DNA of 28,236 bases from Thermoproteota archaeon (GCA_049700215.1 JBNAVT010000025.1:1-28236), one strand, 5' to 3'; counted from the stretch's first letter, positions 17,207 through 26,232 are shown. Made by a program: numbers and translations. Notes: generated from the letters alone by a model not told the origin.

Positions 17207-17485
17207 TTACCTGACCACCTCCAGCTTCTTAATCCTTATTCCCTTTTTCTGAACAACGTAGCCGCATTTAGAGCATTTCAGCTTTAAAGTCTGTTTTTTA
17301 GTTGTCTTAACAGGTTTCGCCAAGGGAGCCTTTTGCCCACCGTAGCCATGTCTGTCAACCCTTTCATGATGCCTTTCCCCAGCCGCCATCTTCCTCCTCC
17401 TGCCTGTTTTCAACAGGCTGACAGAGTGCTCAGTATACTGGCGGCACTTAGGACAGTACGTGTTTATCTTATCGGGGATCTTCAT
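17207..17485 (-). CDS. rpl44e: 50S ribosomal protein L44e (eL42)
   Basis: MKIP..INTYCPKC..YTEH, GYGGQ, KTTKK..LKLKC.KCG. Confidence 0.96.
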   Translation of the reverse strand: MKIPDKINTYCPKCRQYTEHSVSLLKTGRRRKMAAGERHHERVDRHGYGGQKAPLAKPVKTTKKQTLKLKCSKCGYVVQKKGIRIKKLEVVR

Positions 17486-17506
17486 GCGTCTGCGTGCTGG
17501 GGAGCC

Positions 17507-18034
17507 TTAAGTTATAAAGATTTCCTCTATTATCCCCCTCTCCTCTAAAAGCCTAGCTACATAATAGGGTATGTTCACCAGGCACCCGGCTGGGTAAGGC
17601 CCGTATTCCCTCCCATCCTCCCCCACGAACCTGTCAACATCCTTTAACACTATTGCTAGGGCCTTCTTGTCTCTGTTTCTAAGAGGCTGGGAAACGAAGC
17701 GTCTTAAGTCGAGTTCCTCTGGGGCTGCAGCCAAAAACTTTGAGAGACTGTTCAAATCCTGTCTCGCCATTTTTTCAAGGCTTTTAACGTTTAACAATAG
17801 GCTTTTCATCAAGCGCGTTTTAACAGTGTCTTCAAGCATGTTTTTAACAGCATTATAATACCATTCGAGCACCCCTTTCTTGACGGAAGTCTTATCCACC
17901 AGTTGGAGCTCATTCCTTATTAAAGCCAGCAGTTCTGTCAAAGACTCTATGTCGGGACTCGGGTAATCCTGCTTCTCCCTGTTTACCCTCCAGGATTCTA
18001 CCAGCCTCTTTAAAACGATTCTATCTTCCGACAT
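17507..18034 (-). CDS. GINS complex subunit (Gins15/Gins51-type)
   Basis: Helical N-terminus and C-terminal B-domain FVGEDGREYGPY..G.LVNIP..VA.LL.ERG; lies between priS and rpl44e. Start placed at ATG 18034, overlapping the priS end. Confidence 0.8.
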   Translation of the reverse strand: MSEDRIVLKRLVESWRVNREKQDYPSPDIESLTELLALIRNELQLVDKTSVKKGVLEWYYNAVKNMLEDTVKTRLMKSLLLNVKSLEKMARQDLNSLSKFLAAAPEELDLRRFVSQPLRNRDKKALAIVLKDVDRFVGEDGREYGPYPAGCLVNIPYYVARLLEERGIIEEIFIT

Positions 18035-19151
18035 ATTCTCCCAGCCCTTTGCAGACAAGATATACGGCGGCGTAAGCAGGCAGCTCAACCTCCTCATCCT
18101 TAAAAGGACCGAAGACTCTCCCACCTAGGCTGAACCTGGGCGCTACCCTTACTTTCAAACAGGTTTCCTCGTCGCCGAAAGCAATAGCCACCTCCAAGGG
18201 TTTGAAGGATGGCAAATCTTCAAGCCGGATCCTTCTCTTCACCATGCCGCTACTACTGTTAATGCTTTCAGGCATCCTCATTAACCTATGCATATCAATT
18301 GTTACAACAGGGTCAATCCTCACCTTAAGCTCTTCAACAGCGTTCTCAAGCATTTTTAAAACTGTTTTTCTCCTGCTCGCTTTAAGCTTCTCCACGGATC
18401 CAGCTATTTCAATAACCCTCTTGTATACTCTTCTCTTAGCCCCCTTTAGGCTCGCGCTTTCAACGCTCGCTCCCCTTTTTAAAAGATTAAGCAGCTCTTT
18501 CTCGTCTAATCCTTGAATCAAGAGGTAGTCCACAATCTCCCTCCTTCCCTCCCCCATTATGTTTAGAAAATCTTCTTGATTTATATGCACATGATATCCT
18601 CTGTTTCCACTGTAGAAGACAAGCATGTTTTCAGAGGCTATTCCAAAATCCTCCGTCAAAACATGGATTAGCTTCTCTGTTTCCCTAAGGGCTTCCTCCA
18701 ATTGTTTCTCACTAACCAGTCTAACCAGCTCCGTTGGAGAACCGCATGATGAGCATTTGTCTCTTAACCCTACGTCGTAATTGCCGCATTTCTGGCAGAT
18801 CCAGGCTGACTCCTCATCGCTAACAGTGTTAACAGCCTCCGCATCTATGTCGAAGAAAAGCTCTGCATTAACCAGTTTCTTCCCAGTCATGTCCCTGTTA
18901 GCCGGGTCCTCGTAGTTTGCAGCGGAAACATAGATGTCGAGAGGTATTTCATTTAAAACAAACTCGTGAAAATCCCTCAGGCTGTTGAAACACTTATGTC
19001 TAAACATGCTTTTTCCCTTCTCCAGGAAGAATCCGAACTCCCTGTTTCTTATCGGCTCCGGCGGCACCAGTCTACCTATGTTCTCATAATAGTACTTGAA
19101 GAACTCTCTCTTAAGAAACTCTAGGCTTGCCTGCAACATCCTTCTCACCAT
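18021..19151 (-). CDS. priS: DNA primase catalytic (small) subunit
   Basis: REFGF, ELFFDID, YSGNRGYH, IDPVVTIDMHRLMRMPES; CxxC...CxxC Zn insert; C-terminal GINS-B-like domain (FGPF...ELPAYAAVYL). Start is 19151 or 19139. Confidence 0.94.
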   Translation of the reverse strand: MVRRMLQASLEFLKREFFKYYYENIGRLVPPEPIRNREFGFFLEKGKSMFRHKCFNSLRDFHEFVLNEIPLDIYVSAANYEDPANRDMTGKKLVNAELFFDIDAEAVNTVSDEESAWICQKCGNYDVGLRDKCSSCGSPTELVRLVSEKQLEEALRETEKLIHVLTEDFGIASENMLVFYSGNRGYHVHINQEDFLNIMGEGRREIVDYLLIQGLDEKELLNLLKRGASVESASLKGAKRRVYKRVIEIAGSVEKLKASRRKTVLKMLENAVEELKVRIDPVVTIDMHRLMRMPESINSSSGMVKRRIRLEDLPSFKPLEVAIAFGDEETCLKVRVAPRFSLGGRVFGPFKDEEVELPAYAAVYLVCKGLGEYVGR

Positions 19152-20139
19152 ATCTTAAAGGATGCCTCACTCCTTTACAATACTCATCGGGATAGCAGAG
19201 CCCGTTAGTAAGCATTGTCCTGCAGCTGGGCACAGAGTACTTTTTACCTCCTCCCCGGAGGCCAGCCAGGTGCTCCACCTGGTATTTCGTCACACTATAC
19301 TTGTAGTCAGGCTGTTTCGAGAAGAATTCAATAATCTCATCAATATTCCTGTTTCTAGCGATCATAAACGTTGCTACAACCAGTCTTTCGAAGTGTGAAG
19401 CATTCTCCCCATTCTCCATCCTTTTAATTATCCTGCTAATACAAGGGGGCGTATCCATCCTCTCCTTTAGTGGTATGTAGCCGGGTCTACCGGCCTCAAG
19501 CTTGCTCCACACTCCAACTATTTCGTCAACAGCCTTCCTAAAGCTATCGGGCATGGCTTCCGCCGGAATAGGCTCAAGAGTCTTTTCATAAACATAATTG
19601 TTCACCTCGATTTGGAGCAGCCTTGCATACTCTGTTTTACTCATTAACACGTATCCATTATTAACAAACCTGTTCACAAGCTTCCAATGGGGTGCGTGGA
19701 AAGAGTATGCCAGCTTCAAATAAGTCGGTATCTTAACCCTTATCATGCTCCCATCATCCAGAACGCCTTCTACCCCCATTTTCCCCCCGATGTAAAGCAG
19801 TGTCTCATCACTCTCGTTCAGCATCCTCCTATAAGCACCCCTGCTCTCTCCAAAAGCATACATCCTCCTAACATACTCGTTCATAATCGTGGAAACAAGT
19901 ATGATCGCTATTGGGAAGGACAGCATTTCCCTAACATAGTTCAGCTCGTCTAACGCGGTTACCTTAACCTCCTTAAAGATGAGCGCGCTTTTAACCCTCT
20001 CAACAGCCCTTTTCAGGGCTGCTTCAGAACCCGTTCTCTCCAGGCTTTCAAGCGACAGGTCGATGTTTCTGGATATGAATTCCCTAGCCTCCGGTAGAAA
20101 AGGGTATCTCGCAGCCCTAAGGACGTTCTCACCCATCAT
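19111..20139 (-). CDS. priL: DNA primase large subunit
   Basis: RYPFL.EA, WKLVNR.V.NG.V, PPCI, H.ER, PDY...T.YQVEH, PSC.T....GLC...C...HPL.Y (Fe-S domain). Confidence 0.94.
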   Translation of the reverse strand: MMGENVLRAARYPFLPEAREFISRNIDLSLESLERTGSEAALKRAVERVKSALIFKEVKVTALDELNYVREMLSFPIAIILVSTIMNEYVRRMYAFGESRGAYRRMLNESDETLLYIGGKMGVEGVLDDGSMIRVKIPTYLKLAYSFHAPHWKLVNRFVNNGYVLMSKTEYARLLQIEVNNYVYEKTLEPIPAEAMPDSFRKAVDEIVGVWSKLEAGRPGYIPLKERMDTPPCISRIIKRMENGENASHFERLVVATFMIARNRNIDEIIEFFSKQPDYKYSVTKYQVEHLAGLRGGGKKYSVPSCRTMLTNGLCYPDEYCKGVRHPLRYGEKDVAGKPRVS

Positions 20140-20250
20140 TTTTCAAAGCCTTCTCCACTATGCGTTAACCGTGAAACTTTATTAACGTTAATGCTTGAAG
20201 CTTGTCGAAGCAAGCTATATAAGGAGTCCTCTAAGCTATAATGAATAGCC

Positions 20251-21021
20251 ATGTCGTCTTCAAACATCCTCGCAAGGCTCGTTATAAACGACGCTAGGCT
20301 TATTCGCAAGGCTCTTAAGGCAACCGCCTCCCTGATAGATGAGGCTCCGGTTAAGATAAGCGATGAAGGCCTATCCATAAGGGCCCTCGACCTGGCGGAG
20401 GTGTCTATGATCGACCTAGTTCTTTCAAAAGAGGCTTTTGAAACATTCGAGTTCAAAAAACCCCTTAAGGCGAACATACGTTTAAGCGACGTGCTGAACC
20501 TTCTTAAGTTCGAGTCTAAGGCTGAGAGACTGGAAATGTCTTTCATGGAGGACAGGGTTAGCTTTAAGGTTAGCAACGATTTCACAAGAATCTTCACGAT
20601 TCCGGTTTTCTTCTCCGAGGATAAGGATCTTCCGCTTCCAAAGGTTTCTCTCGGGAACTCTTTCGAGACAAAAGTGTCAACGATAAAACATCTGCTTGAC
20701 AGTGGGAAGCATATTTCAGACTATGTTTCCATAAGCGTGGAGAACAATGTCGTCGTGCTGTCTGCGAAGGGGGAAATCTCAGAGTACCAGGTTATGCTTA
20801 AGGCTGAGGAGGGGAATCTCGTAAACCCCGTTTTAAAAGAGGGTTCGAAAGCATCTTACGATCTTAAAAGGCTTGGCAGCATAGTTTCCTCCCTGCTTTT
20901 CGGCGAAAACATGAAGCTGGAGTTCGACACTGATCTTCCCATGAAGATAAGCCAGGGAATCGAGGAGGCGCCAAATAGTACAGTAACCTTCTTCATCGCG
21001 CCTAGAATGGAGAAAGCCTGA
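20251..21021 (+). CDS. pcn: DNA polymerase sliding clamp PCNA
   Basis: LIDEA, GL.IRALD.A.VSMIDL.L...FE.F, F.TD.PMKI, FFIAPR; 256 aa. Confidence 0.93.
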   Translation: MSSSNILARLVINDARLIRKALKATASLIDEAPVKISDEGLSIRALDLAEVSMIDLVLSKEAFETFEFKKPLKANIRLSDVLNLLKFESKAERLEMSFMEDRVSFKVSNDFTRIFTIPVFFSEDKDLPLPKVSLGNSFETKVSTIKHLLDSGKHISDYVSISVENNVVVLSAKGEISEYQVMLKAEEGNLVNPVLKEGSKASYDLKRLGSIVSSLLFGENMKLEFDTDLPMKISQGIEEAPNSTVTFFIAPRMEKA

Positions 21022-21026
21022 TTCTT

Positions 21027-21356
21027 CTAAGAATACTCTCTCCAAGTATACCCGCATTTAGTGCATTTGAAGAACTGGGTTGCACTCTCGTCTGCACCCC
21101 TAGTCTGCGTTATCCACCAGTACGCCTCTTTATTCTTACACTTAGGACAGACAGTGTTCGTAACAGGTAGTGGATTAAGATCCGTGGTTTTCCTCACCAC
21201 TTTTATGGCGCCGTCTCTCCGAGCCGTCTCCACACTTCTCTCGACAATGTGTGCACGCTCCTCGTAGCCGCATTTCGGGCAAGAATATAGAAGACTATCC
21301 TTGCCTCTTTTTATCTGGAGCTTGGTACCACATTTTGGACAGAACCTTATCTGCAT
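21027..21356 (-). CDS. tfs: Transcription factor S (TFS)
   Basis: Two zinc ribbons; the C-terminal one has the acidic hairpin QTRGADE..TQFFKC. Confidence 0.93.
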   Translation of the reverse strand: MQIRFCPKCGTKLQIKRGKDSLLYSCPKCGYEERAHIVERSVETARRDGAIKVVRKTTDLNPLPVTNTVCPKCKNKEAYWWITQTRGADESATQFFKCTKCGYTWREYS

Positions 21357-21406
21357 AGGGGGTCTAATTGGGAGAGCTGCCTTATTATAAATGTTACTGA
21401 TATTGC

Positions 21407-21694
21407 TTACGGCTGGGTCTTCCCCGTAGCCTTATCAAGCTTTTCCTCGAGAGACTCCAAGTCTTCAATTAAGCCCCTGATTACCTCTAAAAGTAGCTTC
21501 TTAGCGTCTCCTTCCCCCGTATTTATGTAAAGCGTGGCCTCCTGTCTGAGGGGATGCTCCACCCTGTAAGCAGAGTATCCTTTAGCCAGCTTCATGTTTA
21601 AATAGCTTGTTAAAAGGTTCAGGAGGGTGTGCGTCTCTCCATATACTTCCAGCTCCATACTACCCTTCCCCGCTTCTCTACAAGCAACTCTCAT
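21407..21694 (-). CDS. rpoL: RNA polymerase subunit L (Rpo11)
   Basis: GETHTLLNLL, AYRVEHPL; between csl4 and tfs. Confidence 0.92.
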   Translation of the reverse strand: MRVACREAGKGSMELEVYGETHTLLNLLTSYLNMKLAKGYSAYRVEHPLRQEATLYINTGEGDAKKLLLEVIRGLIEDLESLEEKLDKATGKTQP

Positions 21695-22284
21695 ATTCTG
21701 GTCACCAGCCTTTCAATCGGCTCATCGTAAAAAACACTCAGCTTCCTGTTCTCTCTTGTCCTGCACGATGGGCAGGTCAGGTATTTCTTAAAAAGAGCCA
21801 AGGGGCTCCCGCAATTCCCGCAGTAAGCCTTAACCACGCCGTACTCTTTAGCCGACAGGTCTATCAGATTCACGTTAACTGTCGACATTATTTCGCCGTA
21901 AATGAGGTCATTCTCCCTAACATAGTTTCTCAAGCTTCCCGTCCTGAAGCGGGGGTAGCTTCTTCCAAAGCTTTCTCTACCTATGAGCCCAGTATGCTCA
22001 TAGTTCAGCCTATTCCCATTCATGTAAAATATTCTAACGTTGACATAGTGACTTGAGAAGCTGGCTACACTCCCAATGATCTTGAAACCAGGCTTGGGAA
22101 TGAGAAGAGGCTTAAGCTCAACAACCTCAAGCGCCCGCCTGTTTCTGTCAACACCAACTCTTCCAACTCTGCTCGAATATATTACCCCATTTTTCTCAAA
22201 GGTCCCGTCTCCAGGGAAAAACTCCTCCAGGGTTGCAAGAGGCTCTCCAACAAGAACGAGCTTACTCTGGCTCTCCTTCATCAA
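21691..22284 (-). CDS. csl4: Exosome RNA-binding protein Csl4
   Basis: V.VGE.L..EEF.PG.GT, S1-like middle, YGVVKAYC.NCG...CPSC...E.RKLS. Confidence 0.92.
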   Translation of the reverse strand: MMKESQSKLVLVGEPLATLEEFFPGDGTFEKNGVIYSSRVGRVGVDRNRRALEVVELKPLLIPKPGFKIIGSVASFSSHYVNVRIFYMNGNRLNYEHTGLIGRESFGRSYPRFRTGSLRNYVRENDLIYGEIMSTVNVNLIDLSAKEYGVVKAYCGNCGSPLALFKKYLTCPSCRTRENRKLSVFYDEPIERLVTRI

Positions 22285-22765
22285 CGTTTTCCCTTCCCTT
22301 TACAACCTCTTTTTCAATAAAAGTCTCAACAGGGATTTTAGAGGCGGCTGTTTTAAGGCTCTTCTTAACAGTGTTTTCAGATTTAAGGCTTGAAAAAACC
22401 TCCATAATGGGTTCCCCCGCCTCTATCTTCGCGGCAAGCGTAGTAGGCTTCCCGTAAGCCTTCTTCATACCCTTGCTAAGCCTGTCTGCACCAGCCATAG
22501 TAAGCATCTTATGCTCTCTCAGAACAATATGGGGATACGGGATCAGCCTTAGAACATAATTGGCCTCACCCAGCTCCGCTTCAAGAATCTTGTTGGCTGC
22601 GACACGGGCTGCTTCAAGAGCCTCCTGCTTTATCAAGGCCGGCTTCTTAACCAGGAGCCGGAAGACGGCTTCAAAACCCTCAGCCTTCCCCAGTTTAAAC
22701 TTGCTCACCCTAAGCTGGGGTATTCTGGATATGTATTCCTTCCTAGTGTAAGGCATCTGCTTCAA
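22262..22765 (-). CDS. rpl10e: 50S ribosomal protein L10e (uL16)
   Basis: PYTRKEYI, ALEAARVAANK, YPHIVLREHKM...AGADRLS.GM..AYGKP. Confidence 0.95.
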   Translation of the reverse strand: MKQMPYTRKEYISRIPQLRVSKFKLGKAEGFEAVFRLLVKKPALIKQEALEAARVAANKILEAELGEANYVLRLIPYPHIVLREHKMLTMAGADRLSKGMKKAYGKPTTLAAKIEAGEPIMEVFSSLKSENTVKKSLKTAASKIPVETFIEKEVVKGRENVDEGEPE

Positions 22766-22866
22766 CTTTTTCCCTAACCTTCTGCTTGTTTTCCAGCAGG
22801 CTGGTTTAAAAAGCTTCCCCTCCCCAGTAGGAGATAAAAGGCAGTAATGGGAATAACACTTGAAGC

Positions 22867-23649
22867 ATGGAAATCGCGGAGAAATACTACATAGTGCTAG
22901 TTGGACCGAAATACCCGGTTAACGTGGGGATTGTAGCAAGAACCATGAGGAACTTCTCCTTCAGGAAACTGGTGTTAGTCTCCCCTGGGAAAGAGGTTTT
23001 AGAATCCTCGAAGCTCTACGCTGCCCACGGTGCAGCAATAATTGAAAACCAGCTGGTTTACGAGGGCCTCTCGCAGGCCCTGCGGGAGTTAAATCCTTCA
23101 GTAAGCATCGGAACCTCAGGTAGGAGAGCATCTAAAAGCATTCTACGCCAATACGTTTCCCCCAAGGAGATGGTTGAACTCTGCAAACCAATAGAGGGGA
23201 GGGTCCTTCTAGTGTTCGGCAGAGAGGACATTGGGCTTAAAAACGAGGAGCTTTCGCAGCTCGACTATATTGTTCACATACCTGCTTCAAGCGAGTACAG
23301 CGTGATGAACCTCGCTGTCTCCGCCTCAATACTGATGTACGAGGTTTTCACGGGTTCAGCGAGCAGGCGGAAGTCTTTCAGGAAACCGGCCGGCAGGGAT
23401 ATGACAAACAGGATTTATGCCGAGGCTCAGAATATTTTCTCCGCCTTAAACCTGCCTGAGGTTAAGAAGAACGTTGTGCTCAGGTCCATGAAGAACGTTA
23501 TCGGGCGTTCAGCACCCTCAGCCAAAGAAGCTGGAAGCCTACTCTGGTTTCTAAGGAAGACAAGGCTGGGAATAGAGGCATTAAAAAGGATCAGGGAAGA
23601 TAGCTTTTTAAAAAACGTTGCGGAGAAATATAATACGGAGGTTAACTAG
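22867..23649 (+). CDS. trmJ: SPOUT tRNA 2'-O-methyltransferase, TrmJ/TrmH group 1
   Basis: VLV.P.YP.NVG..AR.M.NF, VFGRED.GL.NEEL, HIPAS.EY.VMNLA.S. Confidence 0.85.
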   Translation: MEIAEKYYIVLVGPKYPVNVGIVARTMRNFSFRKLVLVSPGKEVLESSKLYAAHGAAIIENQLVYEGLSQALRELNPSVSIGTSGRRASKSILRQYVSPKEMVELCKPIEGRVLLVFGREDIGLKNEELSQLDYIVHIPASSEYSVMNLAVSASILMYEVFTGSASRRKSFRKPAGRDMTNRIYAEAQNIFSALNLPEVKKNVVLRSMKNVIGRSAPSAKEAGSLLWFLRKTRLGIEALKRIREDSFLKNVAEKYNTEVN

Positions 23650-23752
23650 ATTCTGGCTAGGTTTAAGCCCTAGGAATAAGACCGTAGGACCACTGTGCTT
23701 GCTGGCGGCTAGGTTTTTAAGCCTTTAAAGGCTATTTTACTTTAGAGGGAGG

Positions 23753-24862
23753 ATGGTTACTAATCTTCCGCCCCAAGCAGAAGCCCAGTATAAGAAGGTC
23801 GTTGCCTCGAAGAGCAAGGAGGAGAAGCTTGAGAACCTTAGAATATTTCTTTCAATGATACCTGAGCACAAGGGGACTGAGAAGCTTAGGGCTCAGGTTA
23901 AACGCCAAATATCCCGGCTTCAAGACGAGATCACTGTCGAAAGAAGGAGGCGCAGCACCCGGCCCGTAGCGTTCGAGAAAGGTGAGACGACGGTGTTGAC
24001 GACGATACTGGCTGAGGATAAGAAGCTCCTCCAAGAGTTTCTCACTGGCGTTAAACGCTTCGATGAAACGCTTATTCTAGAATCCCTTAGCGAGCTTAAA
24101 CCCTTAAGCATTGGCTTCGAGGACATTGTCCTGAGCTTCGCACCTCTTTCTCCATCCATGGTGGAGAGCCAGAGGTACTCGCTTATTCAAACAGTACTCT
24201 TGAAATCAGATCTGATACTGATACTTTTAAGCGTTGAAAAAATTCTTGAGAGCTTCGAACAGGTTAGAGAAATACTGAGGAGATTCGGTGTCTATGTTGC
24301 TTCAAAGGAATCGGCGGCGGTCTTCAAAAGTTTGGGGACGGGTGGAATAACTGTGTTGAACAGGTCGCGATTCCTGTCTGAAGACGAGGTTAAGCGTTTT
24401 ATGAGGGAAAGAGGTGTTGAAAGCGGCATCGTGCATCTCTCAGAGTTCACATCCCTCTATACGCTTGAGAGCTCGATAAAGGGTTTACAGAGGAAAAACT
24501 TCCTAATAGTAGTTAAAAACCATGATGGTGAAGTTCCTGTAGACCAGTTGATGGTTCCAGAGGGTTCTATAGTTAGTTTGGAGCGGATTTTGAAGAACGA
24601 TGTCTTAAAAACGCTTTTCAAAGCCTCGGGGCTTATCCGAGTATATTTGAAGCCTCCTTCCGCTGTTTCACCCTCCAGTAGGCCGCTGCTCGTGGATGAA
24701 GAAACCACTGTTCAGGAGCTTGCTTCAAAAATCCATAGGGATCTCTCTGAAAACCTGAAGTATGCTAGATTATGGAGAGGGGGCTTCTCGTCTAAGCCTT
24801 TGAGAGTAGGCTCCTCCTTCACGCTTGTAGACAAGGATGTGGTTGAACTACGCACGAAATAA
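23753..24862 (+). CDS. DRG/OBG-family-like protein with TGS domain; GTPase motifs degenerate
   Basis: DRG-type N-terminus MVTNLP...IPEHKGTEKLRAQ.K..ISRL, GGI, and C-terminal TGS (LIRVYLKPP...TV.ELA.KIH.DL...KYARLW...RVG..F.L.D.DVVEL). No GxxxxGKS and no DxxG. Confidence 0.8.
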   Translation: MVTNLPPQAEAQYKKVVASKSKEEKLENLRIFLSMIPEHKGTEKLRAQVKRQISRLQDEITVERRRRSTRPVAFEKGETTVLTTILAEDKKLLQEFLTGVKRFDETLILESLSELKPLSIGFEDIVLSFAPLSPSMVESQRYSLIQTVLLKSDLILILLSVEKILESFEQVREILRRFGVYVASKESAAVFKSLGTGGITVLNRSRFLSEDEVKRFMRERGVESGIVHLSEFTSLYTLESSIKGLQRKNFLIVVKNHDGEVPVDQLMVPEGSIVSLERILKNDVLKTLFKASGLIRVYLKPPSAVSPSSRPLLVDEETTVQELASKIHRDLSENLKYARLWRGGFSSKPLRVGSSFTLVDKDVVELRTK

Positions 24863-25455
24863 TTGTTAACGGTTTAAGAATTACAGTATACCCCGGAGTA
24901 TACCCTCCTTCAGAGGATTCCTACATGGTTCTCGACGCTGTTGAAAAAGTTAAGGCTAAGAGGGTTCTGGAAATAGGCTGTGGAAGTGGCGTAGTTTCCC
25001 TGGCTCTCGCACGGAGAAGCATTGAAGTGGTTGCCGTAGACATTAAAATGGAAGCATGTAGAAACACTTTAACCAATTTTAAGAGGAACAGGCTTCAGGG
25101 AGTTGTGCATGTTGTAAACGGTGATCTTGCAACAGCCTTCAGAGAAAGCGTGAGGTTCAACATGGTGGTCAGCAACCCTCCGTATCTTCCGGTTGACCCT
25201 TCCTCTAGCGAAGACTCGTCGTGGGCTGCCGGTAAAGACGCTTCTGTATTAAAAAGGCTTTTGGAAAACACGCTTCCACTGCTTTCTGATACCGGCGTAT
25301 TGATCCTCGTGTATTCAAGCCTTCTCGATGTTAACGGTTTGAAGAAGACTCTGGAGGAGAAAGGCTTCTTAGTTGAAGAAGCCTCGAGTAGAGGCTTCTT
25401 TTTCGAAAAAATCATCCTGCTCAGAATAAGCAGAAAGCCGATTAATCCCTGGTGA
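24859..25455 (+). CDS. HemK2/PrmC-related class I SAM methyltransferase
   Basis: VYPPSEDS (in frame, upstream of ATG 24925), VLEIGCGSG, NPPY, FFEKI. The start is uncertain: first canonical start 24925, proposed ATA 24859. Confidence 0.85.
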   Translation: MIVNGLRITVYPGVYPPSEDSYMVLDAVEKVKAKRVLEIGCGSGVVSLALARRSIEVVAVDIKMEACRNTLTNFKRNRLQGVVHVVNGDLATAFRESVRFNMVVSNPPYLPVDPSSSEDSSWAAGKDASVLKRLLENTLPLLSDTGVLILVYSSLLDVNGLKKTLEEKGFLVEEASSRGFFFEKIILLRISRKPINPW

Positions 25456-26011
25456 ATATACGGTATTTAACATCGGTGGAGAGTTCTTCCACAATCCTTT
25501 GGGCCATGAGTTTAGCAATCCCCTGTACTCCAGTCCTGCCCGCGAGGTCCTCGAAGGATGTGAAAGGCTTCTTAGCTCTTTCTTCAAGTATCTTCTTAGC
25601 GTTCATCTTGCCAATGCTTGGAAGAAGCTCTATCGCGTGCATTTTAGGCGAGATGGATTGTAGATTGTTTAAGAGGTCTATAAACCGGGGTTCGTTTTTA
25701 ACGATTATGAATTCCGCAACCTCAGGAAGCATGTACCTAGCCTGAGGAGTGAGCTCGCTATACCTAACTCGTCCAAGCACATTCTTAACCTGGGGCCTGT
25801 CCCCTTTCCCTATGAAAACCCTTTCCTTAAGGCCCAGTCTGACATGGGGGAACAGGGAGACCTCGAGCAGGGTGAAATAGTTCTCGCCCAGGAGCTGCGC
25901 GTAAGGCGTGTGCACGGGCCTGCCGACCCTGCTTAAAACCCTACCCTCCTCTAGAAAGTCTAGAACGTAACCGTATTCTTCGAAGACTCTTTTACCCCTT
26001 GCAAAACCCAT
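25442..26011 (-). CDS. DUF655 family predicted RNA-binding protein
   Basis: EEY.YVLDFL..G, AQ.LGE.YFTLLE, ERVFIGKG.R, MH.IELLP.IGK, PF.SFEDL, KYRIF; SD GGAGGAGG upstream. Confidence 0.9.
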   Translation of the reverse strand: MGFARGKRVFEEYGYVLDFLEEGRVLSRVGRPVHTPYAQLLGENYFTLLEVSLFPHVRLGLKERVFIGKGDRPQVKNVLGRVRYSELTPQARYMLPEVAEFIIVKNEPRFIDLLNNLQSISPKMHAIELLPSIGKMNAKKILEERAKKPFTSFEDLAGRTGVQGIAKLMAQRIVEELSTDVKYRIFTRD

Positions 26012-26232
26012 TTAAACCGCCTCCTCCCAGGGTCTAAACAGCGTGGGGCGCCCTGGGCAACACTAAGGGTTCTCCATTTCCGCCGCACGCCCCGCCCAGG
26101 GTTTTAGATACCTCCATCACCATAATCAGTTGTTTTTAAAGCGTCAAGCGTCTCAAGATAAAGTTTTTCTTCCAGCACTGGTCATACCCTCCAGCCTATG
26201 AGGATAAGGTATTTGCAGGAAAAACATGACTT

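Noticed and set aside
23655-23723. Two repeats with a ~37-nt spacer as a mini-CRISPR
   Set aside because: Only two copies, 15-17 bp, unequal; no cas genes or leader.
26030-26108. CTGGGCAACA, reminiscent of the HDV ribozyme
   Set aside because: I could not build the P1/P2/P3/P1.1 double pseudoknot by hand; likely chance.
26035-26190. Two short minus-strand ORFs (26 and 29 codons), one with an SD-like GGAGGG
   Set aside because: Too short, no recognisable motif, and they overlap the likely promoter and leader; cannot be supported without conservation data.
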